Assembly (NCBI GenBank): GCA_965240325.2
Contig: CBDEKP020000005.1
Location: 1-37,632, forward strand
Length of the DNA: 37,632 nt
Reading direction: 5' to 3'
From: Rebecca billardiae RCC1528
Taxonomy: Eukaryota; Protista; Haptophyta
Under the pieces are notes generated by a model that was not told the origin of the DNA, did not search any database, and saw nothing but the letters and a program-made list of their open reading frames with translations. This document shows positions 35,212 to 37,632 of the stretch, piece by piece. A program made the position numbers and the translations under genes. Position 1 is the first letter of the stretch; each line of letters opens with the position of its first letter.

Positions 35212-36776
35212 GCCGCAAGCCACGAGCGCAGCCGGCAGCGGAGGCGTGCGACGCGGAAATATAGGCGTCCCGCCCGGGCCGCAGCTGCCGGGAGCCCCCA
35301 GGGCCGGGCCCGGCCCGCGCTGCCGAACTGGCCCCAAGAGTGCCCCGCGCCGACTGACAGCGCACCCGGTGGCGGATCGGCATACCGACAGAATTTCAGC
35401 CAGATACGTCACTCGCGGCCGTCGCGGCGCCGGCCGGCAGGCCGATTTGGCGGGTCTGAATTTTCGATTCGCGGTAGTAAGCAGTTGTGTGAATCATGAC
35501 GGTCGCCGAGTGACCGCGTGGCCCGACACTGCCCGGGCCGCGCGCGGAGACTCTGAGACTGACTACTGAGAGAGTGACGGTAGTGACAGAGTTAGTCCGG
35601 CCCCGGCGGGCCGGCGGTGCCACCGCGTGACTCTCGCCGCCCGCGGGGCCGGGGCGCCGCGGGGCCCCGGTCGGCAACTCTCACGTCTCAGACGCGGTAC
35701 TACTACTAGCTGCGCGGTGGCTCTCTGTGCAGGAGTCTCACGCCTCTCGCGGACTGACGGGACATCAGTCTCGCCGCGGCCCGGCCCGCGCGAATCCGCG
35801 AACGGGGCCATGGCCCGCGTCCGCGAACGGGGCCACGGCTTGATGAACTTGGTAAGCTACCACTCGGACTGTAGATGATGTCAGATACGGGTGCCATCTC
35901 GAGCACCAAGTATTGGAGAGTAGGGGACCCGTTGCACGGGTGAGTAACCGTGAGCGTATGAAAAAACGATGACATGCGTAATATGAAAATAATCATCCGT
36001 CTCGGTTTTTCCGCTAGCGCTGCCGCATGGCTGACGTCCGCGCCGATCCGAGCGCAATGGTGCATTGCAAAGCCGATTCGCAATGCACCAATTCAATCCG
36101 CATGTCAATCGGCCCAACCATCGCTGAGAACGAACGGAAAAACCCAGGGCAGGTGGCAGGTGCCCACCAAGAAGCCACGCCGCGCGCGCGCCGGCAGCGT
36201 CAGCGCGCGGTTGCGCAGGGTTGCCCAAAGGCAGAAGGCATCAGCAAATGCTGCTGCCTTCGGGAAGCGCGCCGCCTCAGCGTTCGGATCGGGCAGCACC
36301 GTGCCAACATTCGTGGATGCGCCTCCAACCAAACGCCCTCGACGCGAGGAGCTGCCCGCGCCATCGGCCGCGAGTGCGCAAACCGATGCGCGTGCTCCGT
36401 GCTAATTGCTATCCTCAATCCTCATGAACGTGGACGAGGATTCAGGAGACGAGGCGCCGGCGGCACGGCCCGCGAGGCGCAGGCAGGACCTGGAGTGACT
36501 CACGCCACGATTGCGTGTACGGTTTATACAGACCGCGTGCGCACGCAACCCTACGTGAAGCCGCCCGGTGAAGCGCGGGCAAGCTGCTGAAGCTCCACGA
36601 TGACGATGCGCGCCTCCTTCTCACATCTGCGCTCGCCGACCGCGCTGCCTTCCGCGTGGCGGACCGGGGGCACCTGGCACCTGGAGTGTGCGGCGCAGCG
36701 TGTAACGCGGAAGGTGGTAGATCGCTGCCATGCTCCCGCTGCCGCCGTTTAACGACACAGGGCCACAGGCTGTAGG

Positions 36777-37543
36777 CAAGGGACAAGGGTGCCCGCGCCC
36801 CACATCATGTGCGCACGCCATGCCGCCCCGTGGCGCCGCGAAAGGGCACGAGAACGGATCCGCACAGCTGTTGACGAGTGCTGATTACTTGTCGTGCCTG
36901 AAGCCAGACCTGAGCTCGAAGAAGATGATGAAAGAGCATCAGCGCGAGGAAAGCGTCGCACCCAGCACTTCTGCATGACCACGCGGTGATGAACATTCAT
37001 GTAAGAGTAGCCCGCGTGCCCGTCTGGCACTGTTCTGTGTCTCAATGATCGTCCCGACAAGGGTCACGACCGCGAGGCCGTGCACACCATTTGTGACAAG
37101 TCAAAGAGGCATGCAAACGGACCGACGACGCACTCGTCAAGGCGTGGCGGGGCGGCATGGCGTGCGCGCATGATGTCGCCATCTCGCCCGGCAGCAGCGC
37201 CCGCTCCTTCCCGACCACGCCGCGCACGGCGCGCGCGCGGCCGGCTGCGGCGCGGCAAGGCTGGCCTTGAGGCGGCGCGTGCGTGCGCGCTGCTCTGAGC
37301 CGAGGCGAAAGAGGCGTGGCGCAAGTCGCGCGGCGCAGGAGGGCGCCATATGCTCTCCCGCAACTGCCCGTCCGCACGCGCCGGCTTCGCGGGCACATCC
37401 GCGCCCGCAGCGCCGTGCCCCGTGCGCTCGCCCCGCCACCGGAGCACGCCTTCGCCGCCGCCCGCCGCAGGCCGCGGGCAAAAATCTGTGTGCCCACATC
37501 CGGCGAGCGCGCCACTGGGGCGCGGGCACCCTTGACTCCCTTG
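36777..37543. mobile_element. Deletion derivative of the 33524-34632 foldback element, 767 bp
   Basis: Spacer and right arm closely match ~33893-34632. The left arm lacks ~340 bp. Exact 7-bp TSD CTGTAGG at 36770-36776 and 37544-37550. Confidence 0.92.
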
Positions 37544-37560
37544 CTGTAGGACGGCGCAGG

Positions 37561-37632
37561 CAAGGGGAGTCAGGGTACAGCACGTCCAGTTGGGCTGCAG
37601 CTGGAGCTTGGGTCCAAAAGCTTCCCGCGGCG
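37561..37632. mobile_element. Probable left TIR of a further CAAGGG-family element, running off the window
   Basis: CAAGGGGAGTCAGGGTACAGCACGTCCAGTTGG...TTGGG follows the family TIR pattern. The other end is not visible. Confidence 0.55.

Noticed and set aside
32425-37583. Repeated ORFs of about 60-225 aa within the foldback elements
   Set aside because: They arise from GC-rich inverted arms and show no transposase or other motif.

Overview
GC-rich eukaryotic genomic DNA with short GC-rich spliceosomal introns. Composition and intron style suggest a haptophyte such as Pavlovales (inference). Five genes look intact: a mitochondrial-carrier family protein (runs off the left edge), an ankyrin/coiled-coil/chromodomain protein, a secreted glycosyltransferase-like protein, a putative Ig-fold DNA-binding + PAS protein, and a signal-peptide cyclophilin. 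One short hypothetical ORF is also present. Most remaining sequence is non-autonomous mobile DNA and decayed gene fragments. (1) Three copies of one family (6378-10313, 14138-15516, 24274-26449) share both ends: a 12-13 bp asymmetric inverted repeat, a terminal hairpin and an extra subterminal direct repeat. They sit in TA-rich sites and carry different gene fragments, which fits a Helentron/HINE-like gene-capturing element. (2) Four complete CAAGGG...CCCTTG elements each have an exact 7-bp TSD (P-like). Two are ~1.1-kb foldbacks with ~400-bp arms, one nested in the other's TIR. (3) A canonical Helitron 3' end, a TA-microsatellite-associated repeat and a MITE-like element are also present. A ~60-nt sequence is conserved just upstream of two unrelated genes. 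No transposase, Rep/helicase or reverse transcriptase was recognised. All family assignments come from reading motifs by eye.
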